Origin: an uncultured bacterium
GTDB lineage: Bacteria > Bacteroidota > Bacteroidia > NS11-12g > UBA9320
NCBI GenBank assembly: GCA_963991985.1
Contig: CAXDRX010000001.1
Location: 3,341 to 67,340, forward strand
Direction of reading: 5' to 3'
DNA length: 64,000 nucleotides
The position numbers and the translations under genes were made by a program. This document shows positions 10,257-20,617 of this stretch, piece by piece (positions within the stretch are counted from its first letter, which is position 1; every line of letters begins with the position of its first letter). A model generated the notes under the pieces. It had not been told where the DNA came from. It did no database searches and saw only the letters and a program-made list of their open reading frames with translations.

Positions 10257-11819
10257 TCAATTCAATTTTTGGCGCCTAGATATGCCAAACGTCTTGTATA
10301 AACTAAAACCAACCAGAAAAAGGATAACTATAAGACCAATAATGGCAAATTGGTTTAGCGCAAAAACAAAGAGTCCGGAAATAGCAAAAGCGACCAATGC
10401 AGTGATGAACCAACCTGCAATCACACTCAACACCCCTGCCACTCTAGCCCCAGCCGATTTATTACCCCATGCCCTATCGGATAAGGAAGTCCCCATAGCC
10501 ACCATAAAAGTAACATAGGTAGTGGACAACGGTAATTTGTGATTGGTCGCATATGCAATAACCATGCTTGCCACCGACAAATTAACAGAGGCTCTTAGCA
10601 GATCGTAGGCAGGAGCGTCATCGGTTTTCAACCGATCGGGAACTGTGAATCTATTGGTCAACCAGGATCTGGTCTTTTGAGGAAGACAAGCATTGGTGAA
10701 ATCAAACAAAAATCGAAAGGTACGAACCAGTGTTAGTGAAATGATATTCTGACTAAATCGTTCGTTGACAGATTGATGACTAGACAACTTTATTTCGGTC
10801 ATGGTCACACCTTTTGCTTTTTTTGAATACCATAGAGTAATCAACATAACCAAGCCTGCAGAGAAAAGAAGGTAGTAAGGAGTAGATACTTCGCCTGACA
10901 GATCGCTCATCAAAAAAGAATCCATAGACAAATTGGATCGGGACCATATTTGATAACTTTGAAAACCAGCAACCGGAACCCCAATGAAGTTAACCAAATC
11001 ATTGCTGGCAAATGCCATTGCTAAGGTGAATACACCAAACAAGACGGTAATTTTCAATATATTGACTTTCAAAAACCGATACAATCCATAAATGAAGATA
11101 CTTAAAGTAAGTCCAATAAAAGCAATTGTTTGCAGAGCAAATTCTTTCACAAAACTCATTTGATCAATGCTAAAAAAGCTTGACTTTTTCAAACCCTTTA
11201 CAACCAAAAGATAAGACAGAAAAGACAAAGCAAAGCCTGTATAAAGCGCCAGTCCAATGGGGTATTTCTCAAAATAATCATAGGAGAATAATGCCCTTAT
11301 TATGTATTGAATCAAAGCACCTGCAGCAAATGCAATGACAACAGAATATAAAATACCCTTTATAATCTTGATTGCTTTTTCTGAATTTATAAAATCTAGC
11401 AATTCAGAAGAATTTCCCTCGAAATGAATTTTCAGATAGGCAGTTACTACTGCAGCACCTAATAATTCAAAAACAATAGAGACCGTTGTAGAGGTTGGTA
11501 AACCGAGTGTATTAAAAACATCAAGCAAGAAAATATCCGTGAGCATTACGGCCAAGAAAATAAAAAGTAAGTTCTGAAATGTAAATAAATTGGGGTTAAA
11601 AATCCCTTTCCTAGCGACTTCCATCATTTGGCCTGAAAGCAGCGAGCCGAACAAAATACCAAGTGAGGCGAGGACCAATATTGTGCGCACAGAAGCGACT
11701 CTACTACCTACGGCTGAATTTAAAAAATTAACAGCATCATTGCTAACTCCCACAACCAAATCAATAATGGCAAGGAAAAACAACAAGGCAACCAAAATCA
11801 ACAAAATGGATTGACCCAT
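10257..11819 (-). CDS. Inorganic phosphate transporter, PiT/PHO4 family
   Basis: GVSNDAVN and ASNDLVN signature pair, PTSTT and PLSTT, many TM helices. Confidence 0.88.
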   Translation of the reverse strand: MGQSILLILVALLFFLAIIDLVVGVSNDAVNFLNSAVGSRVASVRTILVLASLGILFGSLLSGQMMEVARKGIFNPNLFTFQNLLFIFLAVMLTDIFLLDVFNTLGLPTSTTVSIVFELLGAAVVTAYLKIHFEGNSSELLDFINSEKAIKIIKGILYSVVIAFAAGALIQYIIRALFSYDYFEKYPIGLALYTGFALSFLSYLLVVKGLKKSSFFSIDQMSFVKEFALQTIAFIGLTLSIFIYGLYRFLKVNILKITVLFGVFTLAMAFASNDLVNFIGVPVAGFQSYQIWSRSNLSMDSFLMSDLSGEVSTPYYLLFSAGLVMLITLWYSKKAKGVTMTEIKLSSHQSVNERFSQNIISLTLVRTFRFLFDFTNACLPQKTRSWLTNRFTVPDRLKTDDAPAYDLLRASVNLSVASMVIAYATNHKLPLSTTYVTFMVAMGTSLSDRAWGNKSAGARVAGVLSVIAGWFITALVAFAISGLFVFALNQFAIIGLIVILFLVGFSLYKTFGISRRQKLN

Positions 11820-11976
11820 ATCCAAATACAAAAATAAAATTTAGGGCGTTGATTAGAAAAGAACTTTAGCGCTCAATTTCTAACACTTTGAGTTTCAATA
11901 AAAAAGATTTTAAAGAATTCTATTTATTTACAATTCGCTAACCTATCACAGACCAAAACAATCTTATTTTTGCTTT

Positions 11977-13674
11977 TTGATTTGGATTTATGTCATAAAA
12001 CTCTTGGGGTCCATCGCCTTTTTCATTTTTGGGATGCACCTAATGAGTGACGGTCTAAACCGATTGGCCAGTAGGAATTTCAAGACCGTGATTGATGTCA
12101 TGTCAGGGGGGCGACTGAAAGGTATCCTTGCCGGCTTTTTCTCCACTGCTATTGTTCAATCTTCGTCGACCATTACGGTTTTAATTGTCAGTTTTGTTAA
12201 CGCTCAACTCATTTCACTGAGACAATCAATTTATCTTATTTTGGGCTCTAATATAGGAACCACTATCACTGCGTGGCTCATATTGCTTCTGGGTTTTGGC
12301 CATGTTACCTTTGGGAATTCTGATTACCTTCTGCCCTTGCTTGTGGTCGCTGTGCCAATTTATTTTTCCCGAAACAATCAACTAAGGTCAATTGGAACCC
12401 TAACCATTGGTTTTGTAATTTTATTTTTTGGTCTAGCAGAACTTAAGCATACGGTCAATGATTTTGATTTGAACAACAACTATTTTTTTACACAACTATT
12501 AAAACAAAACAGTGAGGGTCTTCAGGGGATTGTTATATTTTTCTTGGTTGGCTTAGTTTTTACAGCACTGATCCAAAGCTCTAGTGCAGCTATGGCATTA
12601 ACACTTACAATGGTTTCCGAAGGTCTTCCTTTTGAGTTGGCATCGGGGATGATTTTAGGAGCAAATGTTGGCACAACAATTACTTGCAATTTGGCGGCTA
12701 TTGTAGCCAATTCCGAAGCAAAAAAATCTGCAAGGGCGCACTTTGTTATCAATATCCTAGGTCTTTTTTGGGTTTTTCCATTGTTCTACCTATTCATACA
12801 AAGCGTAAGAAATGTTTTTGACTTTTTATTGCCCTACATAGGTTTAGAAGGTACGCTAGAGATAATACAGTATGAGTTGGCGCTATTTCACACTGGTTTT
12901 AATTTCTTGAATGTTTTGTTCCTTTTATGGTTTGTTCCACAGATTCAAAAAATATCAGCCTTTATGGTTCGAGTGAAAAAATCAAACCAAGATGACAGAA
13001 AAGAAAATCTTTTAAATCCCATTTTTACGTCAACCTCAGATTATTCCATACTCAAAGTACAGGACGAACTCCAAGGCTTTTTTTTATTAAATTTAGAGAT
13101 GCTAGAGTTATTTGAGAAACTACTAAAACAAAAAGAAGTAGACCAGCAAGTTCTGCTCATGAATCGTATGACAAAATTGGAAGAAAAGTCAGATACACTA
13201 GAATTAGAAATTGCTTCCGTTTTGACACGACTCAGCCAACAGGACAACAATTCTCAGAAAACAATCCAATCTTATTTAATAATTGTAACTGAATTAGAGC
13301 GGATTTCAGACAAACTCTATGATTTATCCGAACTTTTTTTTCAGAAAAAAGAAAATAAAATCTGGTTTATACAAAAACAAAGAAATGCGCTTTTGCTTTT
13401 GGTGCAAGACTGTATTTTGATCATGTACAACACGAAAAAATTGTTCGGCGACATCAACAATCCACTGGAGCTTAGCAACTTTTCAATGCTAAAAGACCGG
13501 TTAAAGCAAGATGTAAAAGAGATAAAAAGGAATCACTTTGCAAGCATCCAAAAGGGAGAATACAAAATAAAAAGCGGTGTCATCTTTAACAATATGTTTA
13601 CAATGCTGGCAAGTATTGATGAAAATGCTCAAGTTATTTTCGATGAACTTCAGCATTCGAACATAGATAACTGA
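11977..13674 (+). CDS. Na+/Pi cotransporter family protein with C-terminal PhoU-like helical domain
   Basis: Two QSSS / GxNxGTT repeats (VQSSSTITV..GSNIGTTIT; IQSSSAAM..GANVGTTIT); LERISD in the soluble tail. Confidence 0.88.
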   Translation: MIWIYVIKLLGSIAFFIFGMHLMSDGLNRLASRNFKTVIDVMSGGRLKGILAGFFSTAIVQSSSTITVLIVSFVNAQLISLRQSIYLILGSNIGTTITAWLILLLGFGHVTFGNSDYLLPLLVVAVPIYFSRNNQLRSIGTLTIGFVILFFGLAELKHTVNDFDLNNNYFFTQLLKQNSEGLQGIVIFFLVGLVFTALIQSSSAAMALTLTMVSEGLPFELASGMILGANVGTTITCNLAAIVANSEAKKSARAHFVINILGLFWVFPLFYLFIQSVRNVFDFLLPYIGLEGTLEIIQYELALFHTGFNFLNVLFLLWFVPQIQKISAFMVRVKKSNQDDRKENLLNPIFTSTSDYSILKVQDELQGFFLLNLEMLELFEKLLKQKEVDQQVLLMNRMTKLEEKSDTLELEIASVLTRLSQQDNNSQKTIQSYLIIVTELERISDKLYDLSELFFQKKENKIWFIQKQRNALLLLVQDCILIMYNTKKLFGDINNPLELSNFSMLKDRLKQDVKEIKRNHFASIQKGEYKIKSGVIFNNMFTMLASIDENAQVIFDELQHSNIDN

Positions 13675-13725
13675 CAAATCGACACGTCTTTTTTTTGGTA
13701 AAGCTTTTGATAAAAATTTGTCTGT

Positions 13726-15534
13726 ATGCAAAAAGGCAAAATATCTGTCAATACGGAAAATATATTTCCAATCATCAAAAAATTTCTTTACACCGACAAT
13801 GAAATTTTCCTCAGAGAACTAGTGTCCAATGCTGTAGATGCATCCCAAAAGCTAAAGTTCTTTGCGTCTAAAGATTCCTTTGAAGGCAAAACAGATGATT
13901 TAAAAATTACCATTTCGATAGATGAGAAAAAAAAGACTCTGACCATAAGTGATATGGGGATAGGTATGACCGCTGAAGAAATTGAAAAGTATATCAATCA
14001 AATTGCCTTCTCGGGCGCTGAAGAATTTGTGGAAAAGTATAAAGATGCAAAGGAAGACACCAATATTATTGGTCACTTTGGCCTAGGTTTTTACTCCGCC
14101 TTCATGGTAGCGGATAAAGTGGAAATAGACACACTTAGCTACAAAAAAGATTCTGAAGCGGCCAAATGGACTTGCACTGGAAGCACTGACTTTAAAATTA
14201 CCAAAGGAAAAAGAAGAAAAATTGGTACAGATATTATTTTGCACATCAATGAAGATGCTTCTGAATTTCTAGACAAATTCAAGATTAAGAATCTGCTGAA
14301 CAAATACACCAAGTTTTTACCAATTCCTATTTGGTTTGACAAAGAAAACATCAACAATCCCAATCCAATTTGGAAAAAAAATCCATCCGAACTAAAAGAT
14401 CAAGACTACAAAGATTTTTACAAAGAACTTTACCCAATGGAAGACGAACCATTGTTTTGGATTCATTTGAATGTTGACTTTCCCTTTAATCTTACTGGTG
14501 TTCTGTATTTCCCAAAACTAAAAAAAGATATCGATCCCAACCGAAACAAAATTCAACTATACAGCAATCAAGTATTTGTCACAGACAACGTAGAAGATAT
14601 CGTACCAGAATACCTTATGCTTTTGCATGGGGTTTTGGACTCTCCCGACATTCCACTTAATGTTTCTAGAAGCAGCTTACAAGCCGATAGCAATGTAAAA
14701 AAAATCACCTCACACATTAGTAAAAAAGTAACAGACAAGCTGCACGAGATTTTCAAAAATGATAGAGCAGATTTTGAGAAAAAATGGGAAAGCATGGGCA
14801 TTTTTGTCAAATATGGGATGGTGAGTGATGAAAAGTTTTATGACCGTGCTCAAAAGTTTACCCTGCTAAAAGACACAGAAAATAAGTACATGCTCACTGC
14901 CGAGTTTATTGACAAAATAGACCTGAGTCAAAAAGATAAAGAAGGTCAACGAATCGCACTTTATACCAACAACAAAGAAGAGCAAATTACTTTTGTCCAA
15001 GCAGCTACCAACAAAGGGTATATTGTGCTTGAACTCAATGAAATTATTGACAATCACCTGATCAGCACTTTAGAATCCAAGCTAGAAAAAGTACAATTTA
15101 AAAGAGTTGATGCAGACAGCTTACCCAAATTGGTACCCCAAGAAGTTCAAATTGAAGCACTTCTCTCCAAAGAAGATCAAGAAAAACTTGTTGAGCTTTT
15201 TAAATCCTACATACAAGATGAAAACTGTTTAGTAGAAACCATTGCACAAGGCACCGAAGACGATTTTGCAACAATTACCAAGTCTGAATTTGATAGAAGG
15301 ATGAGAGAAATGTACAATATGGGCGGACCAAACCCATTTGGACAAATGCCAGAAAAACATAATTTGGTTTTAAACTTAAATCACCCTTTAGGAAAAAAAA
15401 TCGTCATGATGGAAAAAGAAGAAGAACAAAAAGAAGCAATGCAGCAAGTTTACGATCTTGCCAAACTATCACAAAACATGCTCAAGGGGAATGATTTGCT
15501 GTTGTTCATACAACGGTCTCGGGAAAAAATCTAG
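13726..15534 (+). CDS. htpG: Molecular chaperone HtpG (Hsp90)
   Basis: FLRELVSNAVDA, DMGIGMT, IIGHFGLGFYSAFMVA, IPLNVSRS. Confidence 0.97.
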   Translation: MQKGKISVNTENIFPIIKKFLYTDNEIFLRELVSNAVDASQKLKFFASKDSFEGKTDDLKITISIDEKKKTLTISDMGIGMTAEEIEKYINQIAFSGAEEFVEKYKDAKEDTNIIGHFGLGFYSAFMVADKVEIDTLSYKKDSEAAKWTCTGSTDFKITKGKRRKIGTDIILHINEDASEFLDKFKIKNLLNKYTKFLPIPIWFDKENINNPNPIWKKNPSELKDQDYKDFYKELYPMEDEPLFWIHLNVDFPFNLTGVLYFPKLKKDIDPNRNKIQLYSNQVFVTDNVEDIVPEYLMLLHGVLDSPDIPLNVSRSSLQADSNVKKITSHISKKVTDKLHEIFKNDRADFEKKWESMGIFVKYGMVSDEKFYDRAQKFTLLKDTENKYMLTAEFIDKIDLSQKDKEGQRIALYTNNKEEQITFVQAATNKGYIVLELNEIIDNHLISTLESKLEKVQFKRVDADSLPKLVPQEVQIEALLSKEDQEKLVELFKSYIQDENCLVETIAQGTEDDFATITKSEFDRRMREMYNMGGPNPFGQMPEKHNLVLNLNHPLGKKIVMMEKEEEQKEAMQQVYDLAKLSQNMLKGNDLLLFIQRSREKI

Positions 15535-15540
15535 GCGTTT

Positions 15541-15978
15541 GTGAATAAAGCTTATTTCAAGAATGCAAAAGACCCATTGTTTAAAGGCATAATGTATGGA
15601 ACTGTTGCCTTTCTATGCATACTGAGCATATTTCAATATTTCATTACCCAATCACTAAATACAGATGACATTTTAGGACACCTCACCATTTTTCTAACCA
15701 ACCTACTAATCATCTGGATTGCTGAAGGAACCAGGTATAGCATTGACAAAGAATTTATTCGATATCAGTCGAGCTTTCTATTTGGAAAAATTCCGTTGAA
15801 GAACATTACAAAAATAAAAGTGGGAACAACTATGTGGGTTGGCTTTAGACCTGCTACATCGCGAAATGGCATCATCATATACTACAACAAGAATAAAAAA
15901 ATCTATATCAGTCCCGAATCAAACACAGCTTTTACGGAAACCCTAAAAAAAGTCAAAAAAGACCTAATTATTGAATAG
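15541..15978 (+). CDS. Membrane protein with bacterial PH domain
   Basis: Two TM helices then GKIPLKNITKI...PATSRNGIIIYYNK..IYISP. Confidence 0.7.
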   Translation: MNKAYFKNAKDPLFKGIMYGTVAFLCILSIFQYFITQSLNTDDILGHLTIFLTNLLIIWIAEGTRYSIDKEFIRYQSSFLFGKIPLKNITKIKVGTTMWVGFRPATSRNGIIIYYNKNKKIYISPESNTAFTETLKKVKKDLIIE

Positions 15979-15987
15979 AAATTCGTG

Positions 15988-16010
15988 CTTATGGTTTTTT
16001 TTACCATAAG
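15988..16010. promoter_or_regulatory. Candidate NrtR-family operator upstream of susC
   Basis: Perfect inverted repeat CTTATGGT-TTTTTTT-ACCATAAG (GT-N7-AC core), 4 nt upstream of the -7 box TATATTTG (16015-16022). Confidence 0.75.
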
Positions 16011-16041
16011 AGTGTATATTTGATTTTTATTCATTTAACAA

Positions 16042-19000
16042 ATGCGTCATTTTATTTTAACCATCTCCGCGTTTTTGTTCTCCATCTCCCAAAGTTTTGC
16101 TCAAAATGCAATTCAAATTAGTGGACACATTACCGATAGCAAAAATCAACCTATAGTAGGAGTAGCCGTCTTTGAAGCCGTCTCCGGTTCTGGAGCCTTC
16201 TCAGACGAAGATGGAAACTATCTCATCACCTTGAACTCTTTTAAAGATTCTGCACAACTACGTTTTGAAATGGAAAATTTCCAAACCGAAAAAAGGGTAG
16301 TTTTTGGCGCCTCTGTTTTGAATATTGTTATGTCTGAAGACGTAAATAAACTCAATGAAGTGCTTGTTGTGGGCTACGGGAGCTCATCAAAAAAAGAGCT
16401 AACAGGAGCAACCACGCAAGTTGGAAAGGAAAATATAGAAAAATTAAATATCCCCAGATTAGATCAAGCATTACAAGGTCAGGTTGCAGGGGTGAATATT
16501 GGAACCAACTCTGGATCTCCGGGGGGCACGGCGAGCATCAGAATTCGCGGATTATCAACCTTCGGAGACAACGACCCTTTGATCGTTGTCGATGGAGTCA
16601 TCTATGATTCCGAAGGTCTCAATTCATTGAATCCAAACGATATAGAATCGGTCAACATCCTCAAGGATGCAACAGCAGGGATATATGGGGTAAGAGCAGC
16701 AAATGGTGTAATTTTGATTGAAACCAAAAAAGGAAAAAGGAATACAAAACCACAAATATCTATCAGTAGTTATTTCGGTTCACAACAACCTGTAAAAAAA
16801 CTTGATTTACTGAATGCAACTGAATATGCCGTTATCAAAAACGAAATGCTGGGAACAGGAGGAAACCCTCTTCCTTTTCCCAATGCTCAACTTGGTGAAG
16901 GAACCGATTGGCAAAATGCCGTTTTTTCCAACGCATCAATCCAAAACCACAACATAAGCATTCAAGGAGGTTCTGAAAAATCAACCTACTCAATTGGTGG
17001 AAGTTATTTTTTGCAAAATGGAATTGTTGGCAATGAAAAGGCCAACTTTGAAAGACTCAATGGACGAGTAAACTATACCACAAAACTCTCGGACAAACTA
17101 AAATTAAATTCCATATTTTTATATACCAAAGAAACCAGAAATGCATTGCCTGAAAATGGCATTGGCTCCGTTTTGTATAATACCATAAACGCTTTTCCAA
17201 CTTCACCTATCAAAACAATAGATGGAAGGTATAGCTACCTGACTGAAGTGAATGATATCATCAACCCCATAGCGCAAATGGAAAACACCTACAATACATC
17301 TTGGGTCAATAAGTTTGTGGGTAAGGAAGAAATTGCGTACAGCATCAATGAGAACTTAACATTCACCAATCGGTTAAACTATAATGTGGCACTGGTGGAC
17401 AATAAGGCATTCTCTCCATTGGCGTGGTATGGGCCTGGTAAATATGCCAACAATGCTTCAAATGAGAACTTAGACCCTGTACAAGTTGAAATTGCCGATG
17501 GTGTATTCATTGACAGAGGTGCGAGCGTAACTGAGTCAAGAACAACATATACGGATCTCAACTATGAAGGTTTCTTGAACCATAAAAAAACAATTGCACA
17601 AAACCAAACACTGAAAAGTACTTTGGGTTGGTCAATTTTCAAACGTCGAGGAGAAAATCTAGAAGGAACTGCATTCAATATCCCAAACAATTCAAAAGAT
17701 TACGCAGACATTTCTGCCAACTTAGCGCCGGGCGGTTTTTTGAATAGTGTGAGCTCCTACGAGTTTGAAGAAAGATTGGTCTCAACCTTTCTTAGAACAG
17801 AATACAATCGGGACGATAGATACTTATTGTCTGGTATTCTTCGGAGAGATGGGTCATCAAAGTTTGGTCCCAACAATCGATTTGGTTTTTTCCCTACTCT
17901 TTCGGCAGGATGGTTACTCTCAGAAGAACCTTTCTTCAAGAGTGACATCATCTCGTTTGCCAAACTTAGAGCAAGTTTCGGGGTGAGTGGAAACGACCAA
18001 ATAGAAAATTTTGCCTATCGAGCTCAGCTAAATGGTGAAGGTGTCTATGTTTTTGATGACATCATCACCATAGGAACTGCCATTGGTAGAGCCTCCAATC
18101 CAGACTTAAAGTGGGAAACTACAAGACAATTTAATGTAGGAACTGATTTTATTTTATTCAACAGAATCAATACAACAGTAAATTATTTCATTAAAAATAC
18201 TTACGATTTACTATTTCAGCCCGATGTGTCTGGAATTATTGGGTCATATGGTCCTGGGGGCTACCCTCCTATCATCAATGCAGGAAATGTTAGCAACAAA
18301 GGAATTGAATTAGAAATCAGGTACAACTCAAGCACAAAAAGAGCTTTGAAATTAAATGCTGCTTACAACATCACTTATCTCAAAAATGAAGTAATGGAAA
18401 CACCAACGGGAGTAGATTTTCTTCCAGGTGCAAACTTTGGGGTTGGTGGAAATGTAGCAACACGTTTTGAGAAAGGATTTCCAATTGGATATTTCCATGG
18501 ATACCAAACCGATGGAATATTCCAAACCCAAGAAGAAATAGACAATGCTCCAATTTTGCAAGAAGGAGCAAAACCAGGGGATTTTCGCTTTGTAGATCAA
18601 AATGGAGACGGGAAAATAAGTTTCAGTGACGACACAGACAAAACAATGATTGGATCTCCAATCCCTGAAATCACAATGGGTTTCAACTTCAATCTCGTTT
18701 ATAAGGGTTTTGATGTATCAGGGAATCTATATGTAGCTCTAGGACATGAAATTATTAGGAACTATGAAAGGCAACAACCTTACGCCAATCAACTGGCCTA
18801 CGTATTGGATAGATGGACAGGACCTAACTCAACCAATGATCAAGCAAGAATAAGTACAGACCTCAACCGAAATGGTGTTTTTTCGGATCATTTTGTTGAA
18901 AGTGGAAATTTTGCTCGGCTAAGAAATCTCCAATTTGGATACACCTTGCCAACGAAGTTTACATCCAAAATTTCCATCCAAAGTATGAGAATTTATTTTT

Positions 19001-19143
19001 CGGCAAATAACTTATTTACCCTTACTAATTACATGGGCTACGATCCAGATGTAAGCTCAGGGTCGGCGCTCGATGTTGGAGTAGACAATGGCTTTTATCC
19101 ACAAGCCAAAACATTCATGGGAGGAATTTCAATTAGACTATAA
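16042..19143 (+). CDS. susC: SusC-like TonB-dependent transporter
   Basis: EVLVVGYG, ALQGQVAGV, IRIRG, PLIVVDG, LNPNDIESVNILKDA..IYGVRAANGVILIETKKG, NPDLKWETT, YPQAKT C-terminus. Confidence 0.96.
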   Translation: MRHFILTISAFLFSISQSFAQNAIQISGHITDSKNQPIVGVAVFEAVSGSGAFSDEDGNYLITLNSFKDSAQLRFEMENFQTEKRVVFGASVLNIVMSEDVNKLNEVLVVGYGSSSKKELTGATTQVGKENIEKLNIPRLDQALQGQVAGVNIGTNSGSPGGTASIRIRGLSTFGDNDPLIVVDGVIYDSEGLNSLNPNDIESVNILKDATAGIYGVRAANGVILIETKKGKRNTKPQISISSYFGSQQPVKKLDLLNATEYAVIKNEMLGTGGNPLPFPNAQLGEGTDWQNAVFSNASIQNHNISIQGGSEKSTYSIGGSYFLQNGIVGNEKANFERLNGRVNYTTKLSDKLKLNSIFLYTKETRNALPENGIGSVLYNTINAFPTSPIKTIDGRYSYLTEVNDIINPIAQMENTYNTSWVNKFVGKEEIAYSINENLTFTNRLNYNVALVDNKAFSPLAWYGPGKYANNASNENLDPVQVEIADGVFIDRGASVTESRTTYTDLNYEGFLNHKKTIAQNQTLKSTLGWSIFKRRGENLEGTAFNIPNNSKDYADISANLAPGGFLNSVSSYEFEERLVSTFLRTEYNRDDRYLLSGILRRDGSSKFGPNNRFGFFPTLSAGWLLSEEPFFKSDIISFAKLRASFGVSGNDQIENFAYRAQLNGEGVYVFDDIITIGTAIGRASNPDLKWETTRQFNVGTDFILFNRINTTVNYFIKNTYDLLFQPDVSGIIGSYGPGGYPPIINAGNVSNKGIELEIRYNSSTKRALKLNAAYNITYLKNEVMETPTGVDFLPGANFGVGGNVATRFEKGFPIGYFHGYQTDGIFQTQEEIDNAPILQEGAKPGDFRFVDQNGDGKISFSDDTDKTMIGSPIPEITMGFNFNLVYKGFDVSGNLYVALGHEIIRNYERQQPYANQLAYVLDRWTGPNSTNDQARISTDLNRNGVFSDHFVESGNFARLRNLQFGYTLPTKFTSKISIQSMRIYFSANNLFTLTNYMGYDPDVSSGSALDVGVDNGFYPQAKTFMGGISIRL

Positions 19144-19145
19144 AA

Positions 19146-20612
19146 ATGAAAAAACAATTAATCATCATCGCAACATGCTTATTGATCACTGCTTGCAGTG
19201 ATTTCCTAGAGGTAAACCCACCGTACACGCAAGATGCAGAAAACTATTTCGAAAGACCCGAAGACTATGAAAGAGCTCTTATTGGAGCATACGACCTTTT
19301 ACAAGGTTCTTTTCTTAATATTTGGATTGGAGAAATTGCCTCAGACAATGCAATAGCTGGAGGAGAAAGTGTTACAGACACCGAAGGATTACATGAAATA
19401 GAAAATATGACTCACGATGCAGTAAACAACGAGTTGCGAAGTATTTGGCGATGGAACTATGCTGGTCTCACACGAGCCAATTACATCTTAGAGTTTAAAG
19501 ATAAAATTGATTTTGAAGGCAAAGATCAAATCATCGCAGAATGTAAATTTCTGCGCGCATACTATTATTTCCAACTGGTAAAATTCTTTGGTGACGTTCC
19601 CTTAATTTTAAACAAAAGATTAGGAGCCCAAGAAGCAAAAGAAATCGACAGAACACCAAAAGACCAAGTCTATGCTCAAATAGAAAATGACCTAAGAGAT
19701 GCATCCGCTACCTTGCCATCAACCCAAATAGTAAAAGGAAAAATCACCAAAGGAGCAGCATTAAGTTTGCTAGGGAAAGTTCTACTTTATCAAAACAAAT
19801 TTGAGCAAGCTGCCAGCACCCTAGACACAGTGATTCAAAGCAATCTTTACACGCTTATCAATGATTATGATAAAATTTTCTCAGTGGCCAACGAAGGCCA
19901 TAGTGAAACTGTTTTTGACATTGAATATTCTGGATTGGAAGGAGGAAGTTACGAATGCCTGATATGTCTTGAGGGCAATGCAGCCCCTGGTTTTCAAGGA
20001 ATTAGACAATACAAAGGTCCCGTATATGGAGACGGAAACAGCTACAACCTACCAACCAAAGAGCTTTATGATTATTTTGAGGCAACCGACCTTCGAAGAG
20101 ATGCCACGATCCTAAACCTCGACGAATTTATATCCAAGCAAAGCAACCCAGAACAAATTGAATACGCAAAAGGCGCTGGTGGACATACTGGCTTTTACAA
20201 CAACAAATACATCAAAAAACAAGGAGAAATTGGACTACCCGATAACGATCTCACAAGCCCTGTGAACTTTAAGGTAATTCGATATGCAGATGTATTGCTA
20301 ATGGCTGCCGAAGCACACAACCGAAAATCTAGTCCGGATGATGCACGAGCACTTGAATATTTAAATACCGTTCGAAAGCGAGTCGGCATGGCAGACAAAT
20401 CAAGCAATGGCTCCGATTTGACTCAAGACATTTGGAATGAAAGAAGATTAGAGCTATCGGGAGAAGGTCTTCGATTTTTTGACCTCGTGAGGACAGGACA
20501 AGCTGAAATCGAAATGGATAATTTTATACCAGGCAAACACGAATTATTTCCCATTCCTCAGGTAGAAATTGACCTTGCAGGTGGAAATTGGCAACAAAAT
20601 CCAAACTATTAA
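19146..20612 (+). CDS. susD: SusD/RagB-like glycan-binding lipoprotein
   Basis: ITAC lipobox, FLRAYYYFQLVKFFGDVP, IRYADVLLMAAEA, ERRLELSGEGLRFFDLVR, FPIPQVEI, QNPNY. Confidence 0.96.
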   Translation: MKKQLIIIATCLLITACSDFLEVNPPYTQDAENYFERPEDYERALIGAYDLLQGSFLNIWIGEIASDNAIAGGESVTDTEGLHEIENMTHDAVNNELRSIWRWNYAGLTRANYILEFKDKIDFEGKDQIIAECKFLRAYYYFQLVKFFGDVPLILNKRLGAQEAKEIDRTPKDQVYAQIENDLRDASATLPSTQIVKGKITKGAALSLLGKVLLYQNKFEQAASTLDTVIQSNLYTLINDYDKIFSVANEGHSETVFDIEYSGLEGGSYECLICLEGNAAPGFQGIRQYKGPVYGDGNSYNLPTKELYDYFEATDLRRDATILNLDEFISKQSNPEQIEYAKGAGGHTGFYNNKYIKKQGEIGLPDNDLTSPVNFKVIRYADVLLMAAEAHNRKSSPDDARALEYLNTVRKRVGMADKSSNGSDLTQDIWNERRLELSGEGLRFFDLVRTGQAEIEMDNFIPGKHELFPIPQVEIDLAGGNWQQNPNY

Positions 20613-20617
20613 TAATT

